Assembly (NCBI GenBank): GCA_965279645.1
Contig: OZ257254.1
Coordinates: 362,781-426,780 of the forward strand
Direction: 5' to 3'
Origin: Rhodoglobus sp.
GTDB lineage: Bacteria > Actinomycetota > Actinomycetes > Actinomycetales > Microbacteriaceae
Length of the DNA: 64,000 nucleotides
Part shown: one piece after another, positions 37,582-46,552 of the stretch
How positions within the stretch are numbered: position 1 is the first letter of the stretch
Layout of the letters: every line of letters begins with the position of its first letter
The notes under the pieces: model-generated
Told to the model about the DNA's origin: nothing
Database searches by the model: none
What the model saw: only the letters and a program-made list of their open reading frames with translations
Program-made: the position numbers and the translations under genes

Positions 37582-38411
37582 GACGGGCCTTCGTGCCCGC
37601 CGCCGCTGCCGTTGCCGCCGCGGTGCCCGCCGCCCGCGCCGCGGTGACGGCCACCCGCGCCGCGATGCCGGCCGCCGTCGCCGCCGTGCTCGTGCTCGCG
37701 CTCGCGGGCTGTGCCCCCACCATTGCCGAGTCCACGCCGTCGGACGAGGCACTCTCCGGCACCGTGACGGTGTTTGCCGCGGCGTCGCTCACCGACACGT
37801 TCCCGGTGATAGCCCATGAGTTCGAGGCGCAGCATCCGGATGTCACGGTCGTGCTCAACTTTGCGGGCAGCTCTGCCCTCGCCACCCAGATCTCGGAGGG
37901 CGCACCCGTCGACGTCTTCGCCGCAGCAAGCCCGTCGACGATGGATGCCATCGGAGACCTCGCGATCGACCCCACAGTGTTCGCAACGAACACTCTCGAG
38001 ATCGCCACGCCCGCCGGCAATCCCGGCAAGGTCACGGGTCTCGCCGACTTCGCCAACGCCGACCTCGCGATCGCGTTGTGCGCCGTGGAGGTGCCGTGCG
38101 GTGCGGCATCGAAGTCGGTGCTGGATAACGCAGGCGTCGTGCCATCCGTCGACACCTACGAGCAAGACGTCAAGGCGGTGCTCACGAAGGTCGCGCTTGG
38201 CGAGGTGGACGCGGGGCTGGTCTACCGCACCGACGTGCTCGCGGCGGGCGACGCTGTTGACGGCATCGACGTTGACGAGGCGGCGACCGCCATCGGCAGC
38301 TACCCGATCGCGGCGATCACCGACAGCGACGTGGCGGCCGCATTCGTGGCCTTCGTGCTGTCGGATGCCGGCCAGCAGGTGCTGTCAGACGCGGGCTTCG
38401 GTGCGCCCTAA
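37578..38411 (+). CDS. modA: Molybdate ABC transporter substrate-binding lipoprotein
   Basis: Lipobox LAGC; VFAAASLTD, FAGSSALA, VPCG, DVKAVL..V..GEVDAGLVY. Confidence 0.95.
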   Translation: MRRAFVPAAAAVAAAVPAARAAVTATRAAMPAAVAAVLVLALAGCAPTIAESTPSDEALSGTVTVFAAASLTDTFPVIAHEFEAQHPDVTVVLNFAGSSALATQISEGAPVDVFAAASPSTMDAIGDLAIDPTVFATNTLEIATPAGNPGKVTGLADFANADLAIALCAVEVPCGAASKSVLDNAGVVPSVDTYEQDVKAVLTKVALGEVDAGLVYRTDVLAAGDAVDGIDVDEAATAIGSYPIAAITDSDVAAAFVAFVLSDAGQQVLSDAGFGAP

Positions 38412-38412
38412 C

Positions 38413-39204
38413 GTGCAGCGCCGCGGCTTTCTGGCTCCGGCGCTGTGGATTCCGGCGGGGCTGGCCATCGCGCTGCTCGGGCTGCCGCTCGTGGCGCTCG
38501 TCGTGCGCGCGCCGTGGGCGCAGCTGCCTGAGCTGCTGAGCCGCACCGACGTCGTGCAGGCGCTGCTGCTCTCGCTCGGCACGGCAGCGATTGCGACTGT
38601 CGTGAGCCTCGTACTGGGCATCCCGCTCGCTCTGGTTCTCGCTCGCTCTGCCGAGTGGCCGGCCGTGCCGCGGCGCCTGTTGCGCGCGCTCGTCACGGTG
38701 CCGCTCGTGTTGCCGCCGGTCGTCGGAGGGGTTGCCCTGTTGCTGCTGCTCGGGCGCAGGGGACTCATCGGGCAGTTTCTGCCGTTCCAGATTCCGTTCT
38801 CGACCGCGGCGGTCGTGATCGCCCAGGTGTTCGTTGCGATGCCGTTTCTGGTGCTGGCCGTCGAGGGTGCGGTTCGGGCATCCGATCGCCGGTTTGAGGT
38901 TGCCGCAGCGACTCTCGGTGCTTCGCGCTGGACGGTGCTGCGCCGCGTGACCCTGCCGCTCGTTGCGCCGGGCGTCGCCGCGGGCGCTCTGCTGTGCTTC
39001 ACGAGGTCGCTCGGTGAGTTCGGGGCGACGATCACGTTCGCGGGCAGTTTTCCCGGTGTGACGCAGACTCTGCCGATTGCCGTCTACCTGGAGTTGCAGC
39101 GAGACCCCAATGCGGCGATCGCTCTGTCGCTGCTGCTCATGGTCGTGTCGGTTGCCGTTCTCGTCGGATTGCGTGACCGCTGGGTTCCGGGGCTGGTTCG
39201 ATGA
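38413..39204 (+). CDS. modB: Molybdate ABC transporter permease
   Basis: PLVLPPVVGG, FVAMPF, EVAAATLGAS, RSLGEFGAT. Confidence 0.95.
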   Translation: MQRRGFLAPALWIPAGLAIALLGLPLVALVVRAPWAQLPELLSRTDVVQALLLSLGTAAIATVVSLVLGIPLALVLARSAEWPAVPRRLLRALVTVPLVLPPVVGGVALLLLLGRRGLIGQFLPFQIPFSTAAVVIAQVFVAMPFLVLAVEGAVRASDRRFEVAAATLGASRWTVLRRVTLPLVAPGVAAGALLCFTRSLGEFGATITFAGSFPGVTQTLPIAVYLELQRDPNAAIALSLLLMVVSVAVLVGLRDRWVPGLVR

Positions 39205-39905
39205 GCGGCTTGAGCGCGCACGTGCGCGTCGAACGGGGTAACTTCGACCTTGAGCTCGACCTGGAGGCGTTACCCGGTCGAACACTGGCGCTCGTGGGAC
39301 CGAACGGGGCGGGCAAGTCGACGGCTCTCGGTGCCATAGCGGGGTTGCACGAGAACGCCGGCACGATCACGGTTGGCGATCGCGTGCTCGATCACCTGCC
39401 GGTGGAGCAGCGCCGGGTGGGCTACGTGTTTCAGGACTACCTGCTCTTTCCGCACCTGACCGTGCTGGACAATGTCGCCTTCGGTCCCCGGTCGGTGGGG
39501 GCGGGCCGGTCCGTTTCGCGCGAGATCGCAGCGGGATGGCTCGAGCGCCTGTCGCTCGACAGGTTCGCCGCCCGGCGCCCCGCTGAGTTGTCGGGCGGCC
39601 AGGCCCAGCGCGTGGCCCTCGCGCGTGCCCTCGCCGCATCGCCCGATGTGCTGCTGCTCGATGAGCCGCTCGCCGCGCTCGACGCCGAGTTGCGGCCCGA
39701 TGTTCGTGCCGAGCTCGCGAGCCACCTGGCCGACTGGGGAGGCATCGCGATCGTGGTGACTCACGCGCTCGACGACGTCGCAGCGCTCGCCCACGATGTC
39801 GTGGTGGTCGAGGCCGGGCGTGCCACCCAGCGCGGCTCGCTCGCGTCGCTGCAGGCTGCTCCCGCTACCGGCTACGTGGAGCGGCTCGTAAGCTCGGGGG
39901 CATGA
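39201..39905 (+). CDS. modC: Molybdate ABC transporter ATPase (short, no TOBE)
   Basis: GPNGAGKS, LSGGQ, LLLDEP, VTH. Confidence 0.92.
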   Translation: MSGLSAHVRVERGNFDLELDLEALPGRTLALVGPNGAGKSTALGAIAGLHENAGTITVGDRVLDHLPVEQRRVGYVFQDYLLFPHLTVLDNVAFGPRSVGAGRSVSREIAAGWLERLSLDRFAARRPAELSGGQAQRVALARALAASPDVLLLDEPLAALDAELRPDVRAELASHLADWGGIAIVVTHALDDVAALAHDVVVVEAGRATQRGSLASLQAAPATGYVERLVSSGA

Positions 39906-40768
39906 CTGAGCGCCCAGCACTAGCAAACGGAGCCGCAGTGCTTGTCACCGGCGCCTCCACCGGAATCGGTCGCGAGACCGCGTTGCTGCTTCAGCGAGAT
40001 GGCTTCACCGTGTTTGCGGGGGTGCGCAAGGCGGTCGACGGCGAGGCGCTCGCGGCGGCGGCATCCGGAATCGTTCCTGTGCTGCTGGATGTGACGAAAC
40101 CCGAGCAGATCGCTGAGGTCGCCGCCTTTATCGCCGAGCGCGTGGGTGATGCGGGTCTCGCCGGGCTCGTCAACAATGCAGGAATTGCGTCGGCCGCTCC
40201 GCTCGAGTTCGTTCCGATCGACGACCTGCGCTACCAGCTCGAGGTGAACGTGGTCGGCCAGCTCGCCGTGACCCAGGCCGTGCTGCCGCTGCTGCGGTTG
40301 GCGCGGGGACGCATCATCAATGTGACCTCGATCGGTGGTCTGATTGCGGGCCAGATGCTCGGGCCCTACAACGCGTCGAAGTTTGCCCTCGAGGCGATCA
40401 CTCACGTGCTTCGGCAGGAGCTGGCGCCGTGGGGCATCGAGGCGATTGCGATCGAGCCGGGCCAGATCGCGACTCCCATCTGGGGAACCGCGCAAGCCAA
40501 CTCCGATCGGATGCTCGCGGGGCTGCCCACCGAGGTGGACGAGATGTACGGCGAGAAGATCGCGGGCGCTCGTCGGATGGCGGCGAAGGCGGCAGCGGAT
40601 GGCTTGCCACCCATCGAGGTCGCGAAGGTGATCGAGAAAGCCCTGACCGCGAAGAAGCCGAAGACGCGTTACACGGTGGGGCGCGATGCCGCGATCGGTT
40701 CTGCCCTCATAGCGCGGCTGCCGGATCGCCAGCGCGACAAGCTCTTCGGTGCGCGCCGGATGCGCTAG
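39902..40768 (+). CDS. Short-chain dehydrogenase/reductase (retinol/steroid dehydrogenase-like)
   Basis: VTGASTGIG, LVNNAG, YNASKFA; ATGA-coupled to modC. Confidence 0.92.
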   Translation: MTERPALANGAAVLVTGASTGIGRETALLLQRDGFTVFAGVRKAVDGEALAAAASGIVPVLLDVTKPEQIAEVAAFIAERVGDAGLAGLVNNAGIASAAPLEFVPIDDLRYQLEVNVVGQLAVTQAVLPLLRLARGRIINVTSIGGLIAGQMLGPYNASKFALEAITHVLRQELAPWGIEAIAIEPGQIATPIWGTAQANSDRMLAGLPTEVDEMYGEKIAGARRMAAKAAADGLPPIEVAKVIEKALTAKKPKTRYTVGRDAAIGSALIARLPDRQRDKLFGARRMR

Positions 40769-40869
40769 CTGTACGACCAGCGCCGAGCGCTGCCGCCTCG
40801 TCGGGCTGCAACTCGTCGAGCCGCTACCTCGTCGAGCCACCGGCCGGGCTACTGGCAAACCGCAAACAA

Positions 40870-41127
40870 CTAGCTCGCCTCGCGCCCCTCGCGCTCTGGG
40901 GCCTGCGCCTCGAGCTCTTCGACGCGCTTGAGCAGGTGCCCGACCATGCCGAGCAGGTACTCGACCTTCTGGCTCACGCGGTAATCCTGCTCCACCCCCG
41001 ACAGCGCGAAGGTCGCCTTCATCGGCACCTTGAGGGCGTTGAGTTTGGCGCGATCTTCGCCGTACTGTTCGTAGGTCTTGTTGTCGTTCGGTCGGTCGTG
41101 GGGCGGTTCGTGAGTCGCATCCGTCAT
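40870..41127 (-). CDS. Small hypothetical protein (85 aa) with C-terminal coiled coil
   Basis: Strong GC bias at third positions; TAGAGT 6 nt before the ATG. Confidence 0.65.
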   Translation of the reverse strand: MTDATHEPPHDRPNDNKTYEQYGEDRAKLNALKVPMKATFALSGVEQDYRVSQKVEYLLGMVGHLLKRVEELEAQAPEREGREAS

Positions 41128-41275
41128 GGTCGGACTCTACCTGTCGACGCCTGTCGCGCCCCCGCAGCGCTCGCGCACTGCAGTGCCAGCGCTCCTGCAG
41201 CGCCCGCGCAATGCAGCGCCAGCCCCCAGCAGCGCCCGCGCCTCCGCGCCCCCGCACCCCCGCGCCCCGCGCCCC

Positions 41276-42556
41276 TCATTGCCGCCCCATCCGCACCGGC
41301 TTTTGCTGTGCGTCGACGCTCACCGGGGGAACGAGCCGATAGTCGCCTCGGTCGTGAGTGATGCGCCAGGCGTTGTTGTGCAGGAGCAGGTGATGGTGCC
41401 GGCACAGCAGGATGCCGTTCTCGATATCGGTCGGACCTTCGTGCCGCCATTCGATGATGTGATGAGACTCGCACCACGAGGGTGGTCGATCGCACCCCGG
41501 CCACATGCATCCGCCGTCTCGCGCCGCGAGCGCCTGCTGTTGGCGATAGGTGAAAAGGCGCTGGCTGGGGCCGACGTCTAGCGGCTGCCCTGCGTGGAAA
41601 AGTATCGGCAGGTAGCCGGTGGCGCACATGTTGCGTTCGATCGTCTCGATTGAGACGGCGACCGACTGACCTTCGATTGTTGCGGCGCCCTTACGGGCCT
41701 CGAACTCGGCGAGGGTAACGTGCATGCGAACGGTCGGCGCCTTCGATCCGAAGACGCGGCCGCTGTCGGCTCTCGTCGCGATCGTCACCATGTCGACCAA
41801 TGCATCGACTGCGAGCTGGTCGGTCGTGCGCGAATCGTTGACGATGCGCTCGGCGCGCTCGATGTCGGCGGGGTCAACGAACCGCGGACCACCGCGACGC
41901 GGCGAGGTGACCGCATCGACGGCCGCGACAACGATCGCGGCCTGCTCCGGCGCGAGCAACCCGACGATTCTGGTGAGACCGTTGGCTTGGGATATCAGCT
42001 TGAGGTACCGCTGCTCTCGCAGACTCGCCTCTCGATCAGCGACGCCCTCGGCGTCGAGCGCGTCGCGCACCGCGCGCGCCGTGGTGGCTAAGCGCTCAGG
42101 CGTCACCGAGGTGGAGCACTCGACCAATCGCGCTGCGGCATCGGCCAGATCATCCGCGGCAACATGAGCCGAGGGAGCGCCGAGGCCAGAACTGATTGAC
42201 TCGGCCGCGGCGACGGGCAGTGTGCCATTCTGCACGGCCGTCGCAACCGCAGCCAACCACGGCGACGAACCGGAGAGAACATCGCCCACGCGCACGAGAG
42301 TGCGAGCCTCGCTGTGGGTCACCCCCGTGAGCTGCTGCACAAGCTTCTCGGGCGTTCGCGCTCCGGTGCGCTGAGCGAGCCCCTGAGAGCCAAGATCGGG
42401 GTGCGAGCGCCGCTTGATCTCGCCGGACACCGCTGCTGCGGCGGAATCGAACCGACGACGGGCATCGGCAATCTCGCGAGCAAGAGCGAGCAATTCACCC
42501 TCGGGGAGGGCGTGTAAAGACGTGGTATCCGGCACGACCACAGAAGCGATCGTCAT
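41276..42556 (-). CDS. DUF222 / 13E12-repeat HNH endonuclease
   Basis: RDGGCMWPGC, CESHHI..W, GPTDIENGILLCRHHHLLLH; N-terminal DUF222-like helical region. Confidence 0.92.
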   Translation of the reverse strand: MTIASVVVPDTTSLHALPEGELLALAREIADARRRFDSAAAAVSGEIKRRSHPDLGSQGLAQRTGARTPEKLVQQLTGVTHSEARTLVRVGDVLSGSSPWLAAVATAVQNGTLPVAAAESISSGLGAPSAHVAADDLADAAARLVECSTSVTPERLATTARAVRDALDAEGVADREASLREQRYLKLISQANGLTRIVGLLAPEQAAIVVAAVDAVTSPRRGGPRFVDPADIERAERIVNDSRTTDQLAVDALVDMVTIATRADSGRVFGSKAPTVRMHVTLAEFEARKGAATIEGQSVAVSIETIERNMCATGYLPILFHAGQPLDVGPSQRLFTYRQQQALAARDGGCMWPGCDRPPSWCESHHIIEWRHEGPTDIENGILLCRHHHLLLHNNAWRITHDRGDYRLVPPVSVDAQQKPVRMGRQ

Positions 42557-42562
42557 GCCCTA

Positions 42563-42592
42563 ATTGTATCAGACATTCGAATATATGTACAC
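42563..42592 (-). promoter_or_regulatory. Leaderless promoter of the HNH gene with an overlapping imperfect SOS-box-like site
   Basis: Minus-strand TACAAT (42563-42568) 6 nt from the ATG; TCGAATATATGTACAC (42577-42592) matches 8/12 of TCGAAC-N4-GTTCGA. Confidence 0.45.
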
Positions 42593-42706
42593 CCCTGTTG
42601 GGCTCACAGAGCGGCGAGATCGACCTCGACAAACTTCGCCCACATCGACACCGACACGACACCCCATTGATGCCATCCGTTCACATGGTCGCGGGATCGT
42701 TGCCGC

Positions 42707-45700
42707 GTGCTCAGGGCCTCGCTTGCCATCTTGCTCGTGTCTACGTTCACCGTCGGGGGAGTTGCGGCGACGGCCGCGGCAGACGATGGCCCGAGCATCC
42801 TCATCAATGAGCTCGCCAATGGCGGGCCCTCCTCGAGTTCGGACAGCTTCTTCGAGCTGCGCAACTTCGGCGACGAGACGGTCGACCTCACGGGATGGCA
42901 CGTGTTCCGATGCAGCCCGCAGGGGCTTCGCAGCAACGTGGGTCGCCCCGAGTCCGACCTGACGGGCGTCACCCTCGCCCCCGGCGAGATCTACACCGTG
43001 TCGAAGATCGGTCTGCCGGGCGACGCTCACATCACGCAGCCCTATGGCGCGACCGGCTTCGGGCTGTACCTGGAATCGGCGGATGCCCAGCTGGTGGATG
43101 CCGTGGGCGTCTACCCGAACACGCCGTGGCCCACCCAGAGCGAGTGCACTCGCGGCGACAACCTGCCGAACCGCCTGAATTTTGCTGCGGGCGAGTCGTG
43201 GCAGCGCACGAGCGCAACCCAGTTCATCGTTGCCCCGGCCACCATCGGCGAGCAGAACGCGACTCGGGAGCCGACTCGCGAGGTGACGGGCGTCGTGATC
43301 AACGAGGTCGCGTCATCCGGACCGACTCGCGGTGACGACGAGTTCATCGAGCTGCTCAATACGGGCGACACGACGGCCGACATCGGCGGCTGGGAGCTGT
43401 ACCGCTGCACGGCCGCGGGGCGACTCACCGCAGACACCCACGAGCTCACGATCGCGGAGGGCACGACCATTCCTGCGGGCGGTCGCTGGCTCATCGCCGG
43501 GCACGGCTTCGTCGGCGAAGCGAATGCGACTATCGAACACTCCCTTGCCGACGTGAGCTTCGGGGTGCTCCTGCAGTCGGAGCAGGGGCGACTTGTCGAC
43601 CGACTGAGCGTGTCATCCCACGACGACAGCGCCTGTCAGAACGGCGACGAGAAGCTGCCGGCCCGCCTCGACGCCGTCGCAGGGGAGTCGTACCAGCGCA
43701 GCGGCGGTGCCTACATCATCGCGCCGCGCACGCCCGGCGCGCCCAACGCGACCGTCGAGAAGAGCGTCGCCGCGCAGCCCTTCAGCTACGGGCCGATCGC
43801 CATCAGCGAGCTCGCGACCGACCCGTCCACCGAGGGCATGCCGGCGGGCAGCGTGCAGCGCAACTACATCGAGCTCGGCAACTACGGAGACGCGACCGTC
43901 GACATCGGCGGCTACACCGTGCGGCGCTGCGAGGCCGACGGAATGAGAAGCCGCGAAACGCAGTTCACCGTGCCCGCCGAGACGCAGCTGGCACCTGGAG
44001 CGGTCTTCCTGGTCGCGCGCGAGGGAACGGCCGCGGCATCCGCAGCGCAGCAGACCTACTCGGCGAGCCTCAACTTTCTGGGTACGGGCATCTGGGTGAC
44101 GGATGCCGCGGGCCGCCGCATCGACAGCGTCGGGGTCTATGCCGCGAACGAGATGGACTCGAGCAACGTCATCGACAGCCCGTGCACCAAGGGCGCGAGC
44201 CTCACGACCTACCTCCCCGACCGGATGCTCGCCGAAACCTTCCAGCGCGCCCAGTTCACGGGTTCTGACGCCGACGACTTTCTCGTGTCGGAGGCGACCC
44301 CCGGAGTGATCGACCTTCTGCCTGTCACCGATCCGACCGCGCGCGTCGTCACGGCATCGACCGCGGCGATGGGCGCACGCACCCGTGCAGTCACGCTCTA
44401 CCGCGAGGCACCGACGACCGCAGCTACCGTGGTCGAGGCATGGTCGGGCGTGAGCGCGGCACCCCTCGCGACGCTGGCGGGGGAGAACGAGACGGCACTT
44501 GACCCCACCGCACCGGGAGCAGTCGCCGACGACTCCTTCGGCTACCCGTACCAGCGCTTCGTGCTCGACGCCGCGACCCTCACGGTCGGGTCGACGGTCG
44601 GCTGGGCGGGCTCGAGCGCGGGGCGCAACGAACTGCAGCTCTCGGTCTGGAACGGATCCTGGCGCCCGCTCGACGCGGGCACCACCGAACTGCAGGGCGA
44701 GCTCGAGGCGAGCGACGTGATTGATGGCCGAGTGACCCTGCTTGTGCAAGACGGCCCGCGCACCGAGCCGAGCCTCACGACCGCGGGCGACGGGCAGCTG
44801 GAAGATCCCGCAAGCTACGACCTCGCGATCACCCACATCACCGACACGCAGTACCTCTCGGAGAGTTATCCCGAGGTCTACGGCCAGCTCGTCAGCTGGA
44901 TCGCCGACAACGCCGCTGACCGCAAGATCGCCTTTGCAACCCACACCGGCGACCTCATCCAGAACTGGGTCGACCCCGACCAGAACCAGACGAGGGCGCG
45001 CACCGAGTTCGAGCGGGCATCCGCGATCCAGTCGATTCTCGATGACGCCGGCATTCCCAACAGCGTGCTGCCGGGCAACCACGACAACAAGCGCGGCGTG
45101 AGCAACGACCTCTTCAACGAATACTTCCCGCCCAGCCGCTATGAGCAAACCGCGTGGTACGGCGGGTCGATCGCGCCGGGCGACAACAGCTCAAACTTCT
45201 CCACCTTCGAGCAGAACGGCACGCGCTTTCTCATGCTCTCCCTGCCGTACGCCTATGGTGAGCGCGAGATCGCCTGGGCGGAGACGATCGTCACGAGCCA
45301 CCCGGAATTCAACGTGATCATCTCCACCCACGAGCACGTCATGCCGAAGACGCTCGACGAGTCGGCGCACCGCTCCGCGAACTCGCGCTGGGTGTCGCGT
45401 GGCCAGCAGTTGTGGGATCGGGTCGTTGCCCCCAACCGCAACGTCGTCGTCGTGCTGTCCGGGCACTTCCACGGCATCGGTCAGCTCGTCACCGAGAACG
45501 CGGGCGGCATCGAGGGTCACACGGTGGTGGAACTGCTCGCGGACTACCAGGAGTTCCGCACTCACACGGGCGAGCGCGCCACCGGATTTTTCCGGATGCT
45601 CCAGCTCGACCTCGACGCGGGAGCGATAGCCGTCGATACCCGCTCGGTGCGCCTCGCCGCGAGCTACAGCTTCGACTACGACTATCGGCAGTTCCTGCCT

Positions 45701-45868
45701 GACAACGGACTCGCGACCACGCCCTCCAACGCTCGCCCGTGGCGCATCGTGGAGTCGGGGTTGCAGGGCCGTTACTCAGAGTCAGACGACGAGTTCACGG
45801 CTCGGGTCGAGTTTCAGCACCCGAAGCTGGTGAGCACGACGGGGGTTTACTCGTCCGCCGCCGAGTAG
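42707..45868 (+). CDS. Secreted protein with three lamin-tail (LTD) domains and a calcineurin-like metallophosphoesterase
   Basis: Signal peptide ending ATAAA-DD; three INE..F/YIEL.N..G repeats; C-terminal TDTQ, TGD, GNHD and GHFH metal motifs. Confidence 0.88.
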   Translation: MLRASLAILLVSTFTVGGVAATAAADDGPSILINELANGGPSSSSDSFFELRNFGDETVDLTGWHVFRCSPQGLRSNVGRPESDLTGVTLAPGEIYTVSKIGLPGDAHITQPYGATGFGLYLESADAQLVDAVGVYPNTPWPTQSECTRGDNLPNRLNFAAGESWQRTSATQFIVAPATIGEQNATREPTREVTGVVINEVASSGPTRGDDEFIELLNTGDTTADIGGWELYRCTAAGRLTADTHELTIAEGTTIPAGGRWLIAGHGFVGEANATIEHSLADVSFGVLLQSEQGRLVDRLSVSSHDDSACQNGDEKLPARLDAVAGESYQRSGGAYIIAPRTPGAPNATVEKSVAAQPFSYGPIAISELATDPSTEGMPAGSVQRNYIELGNYGDATVDIGGYTVRRCEADGMRSRETQFTVPAETQLAPGAVFLVAREGTAAASAAQQTYSASLNFLGTGIWVTDAAGRRIDSVGVYAANEMDSSNVIDSPCTKGASLTTYLPDRMLAETFQRAQFTGSDADDFLVSEATPGVIDLLPVTDPTARVVTASTAAMGARTRAVTLYREAPTTAATVVEAWSGVSAAPLATLAGENETALDPTAPGAVADDSFGYPYQRFVLDAATLTVGSTVGWAGSSAGRNELQLSVWNGSWRPLDAGTTELQGELEASDVIDGRVTLLVQDGPRTEPSLTTAGDGQLEDPASYDLAITHITDTQYLSESYPEVYGQLVSWIADNAADRKIAFATHTGDLIQNWVDPDQNQTRARTEFERASAIQSILDDAGIPNSVLPGNHDNKRGVSNDLFNEYFPPSRYEQTAWYGGSIAPGDNSSNFSTFEQNGTRFLMLSLPYAYGEREIAWAETIVTSHPEFNVIISTHEHVMPKTLDESAHRSANSRWVSRGQQLWDRVVAPNRNVVVVLSGHFHGIGQLVTENAGGIEGHTVVELLADYQEFRTHTGERATGFFRMLQLDLDAGAIAVDTRSVRLAASYSFDYDYRQFLPDNGLATTPSNARPWRIVESGLQGRYSESDDEFTARVEFQHPKLVSTTGVYSSAAE

Positions 45869-46479
45869 TCGCCCTCGTCCATCGGCGGCATCTGCTGCGT
45901 GAGTTGCTTCGCCCGGTTGGGATGACGCAGCCCAGCGACGAGCATTTGGCCGAGGGCCGTGCGGCGTCCGTCGCCGTGCAGTCGCCCCTCCCACCCGTTG
46001 GCCTGGTGGAAGGCATCGGCCACGTAGAGCATCGTTGACGCCACGAACTTGCGACGCCACGCGGTCGAAACGTACACCTGGTGCACCTGCCCGTCGGCGG
46101 GATACCAGCGCACCGCGCCCGCCTGGTCGCCGTTCGATACACCCGCGGTTGCGAACGTGTAGCGGTTGATGATCGTTCCGGGCGCGAACCGGTCTCCGCC
46201 GAATGCGACGAGATTGGTCGCCGCTGGAGCAGCTTTCGGCTCGTCGACCCAGACGTACCAGAGCGCCGGCGGCGAGGGGATCAGGTAGCTGCCCACAGTC
46301 ACGTGAACGAGCCCGGCGGCAGGTTCCGACACCCGCCACGCGGCCTCGTAGTCGGGCTCATCTCCGCCGTGCTGCAGGGTTCCGTCGGCCGCAGCATCCT
46401 GTCCGAAAGCGCTGACGTTCCACAGCCCCGACGACAACTTTCCCCGGCGGATGTAAAGCGCGTTCCTGGCGGTCTTCAT
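45847..46479 (-). CDS. Hypothetical protein with a GNAT-like C-terminal motif
   Basis: ATG 46479; VHQVYVSTAWRRKFVASTML resembles GNAT motif A. Confidence 0.6.
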   Translation of the reverse strand: MKTARNALYIRRGKLSSGLWNVSAFGQDAAADGTLQHGGDEPDYEAAWRVSEPAAGLVHVTVGSYLIPSPPALWYVWVDEPKAAPAATNLVAFGGDRFAPGTIINRYTFATAGVSNGDQAGAVRWYPADGQVHQVYVSTAWRRKFVASTMLYVADAFHQANGWEGRLHGDGRRTALGQMLVAGLRHPNRAKQLTQQMPPMDEGDYSAADE

Positions 46480-46552
46480 GCTGCTATTGTCGTGCCCACG
46501 GCACATCCGTTCTGCCGTTCCTGACCCGTATCGGGCCATCTCTGGGGGACTC

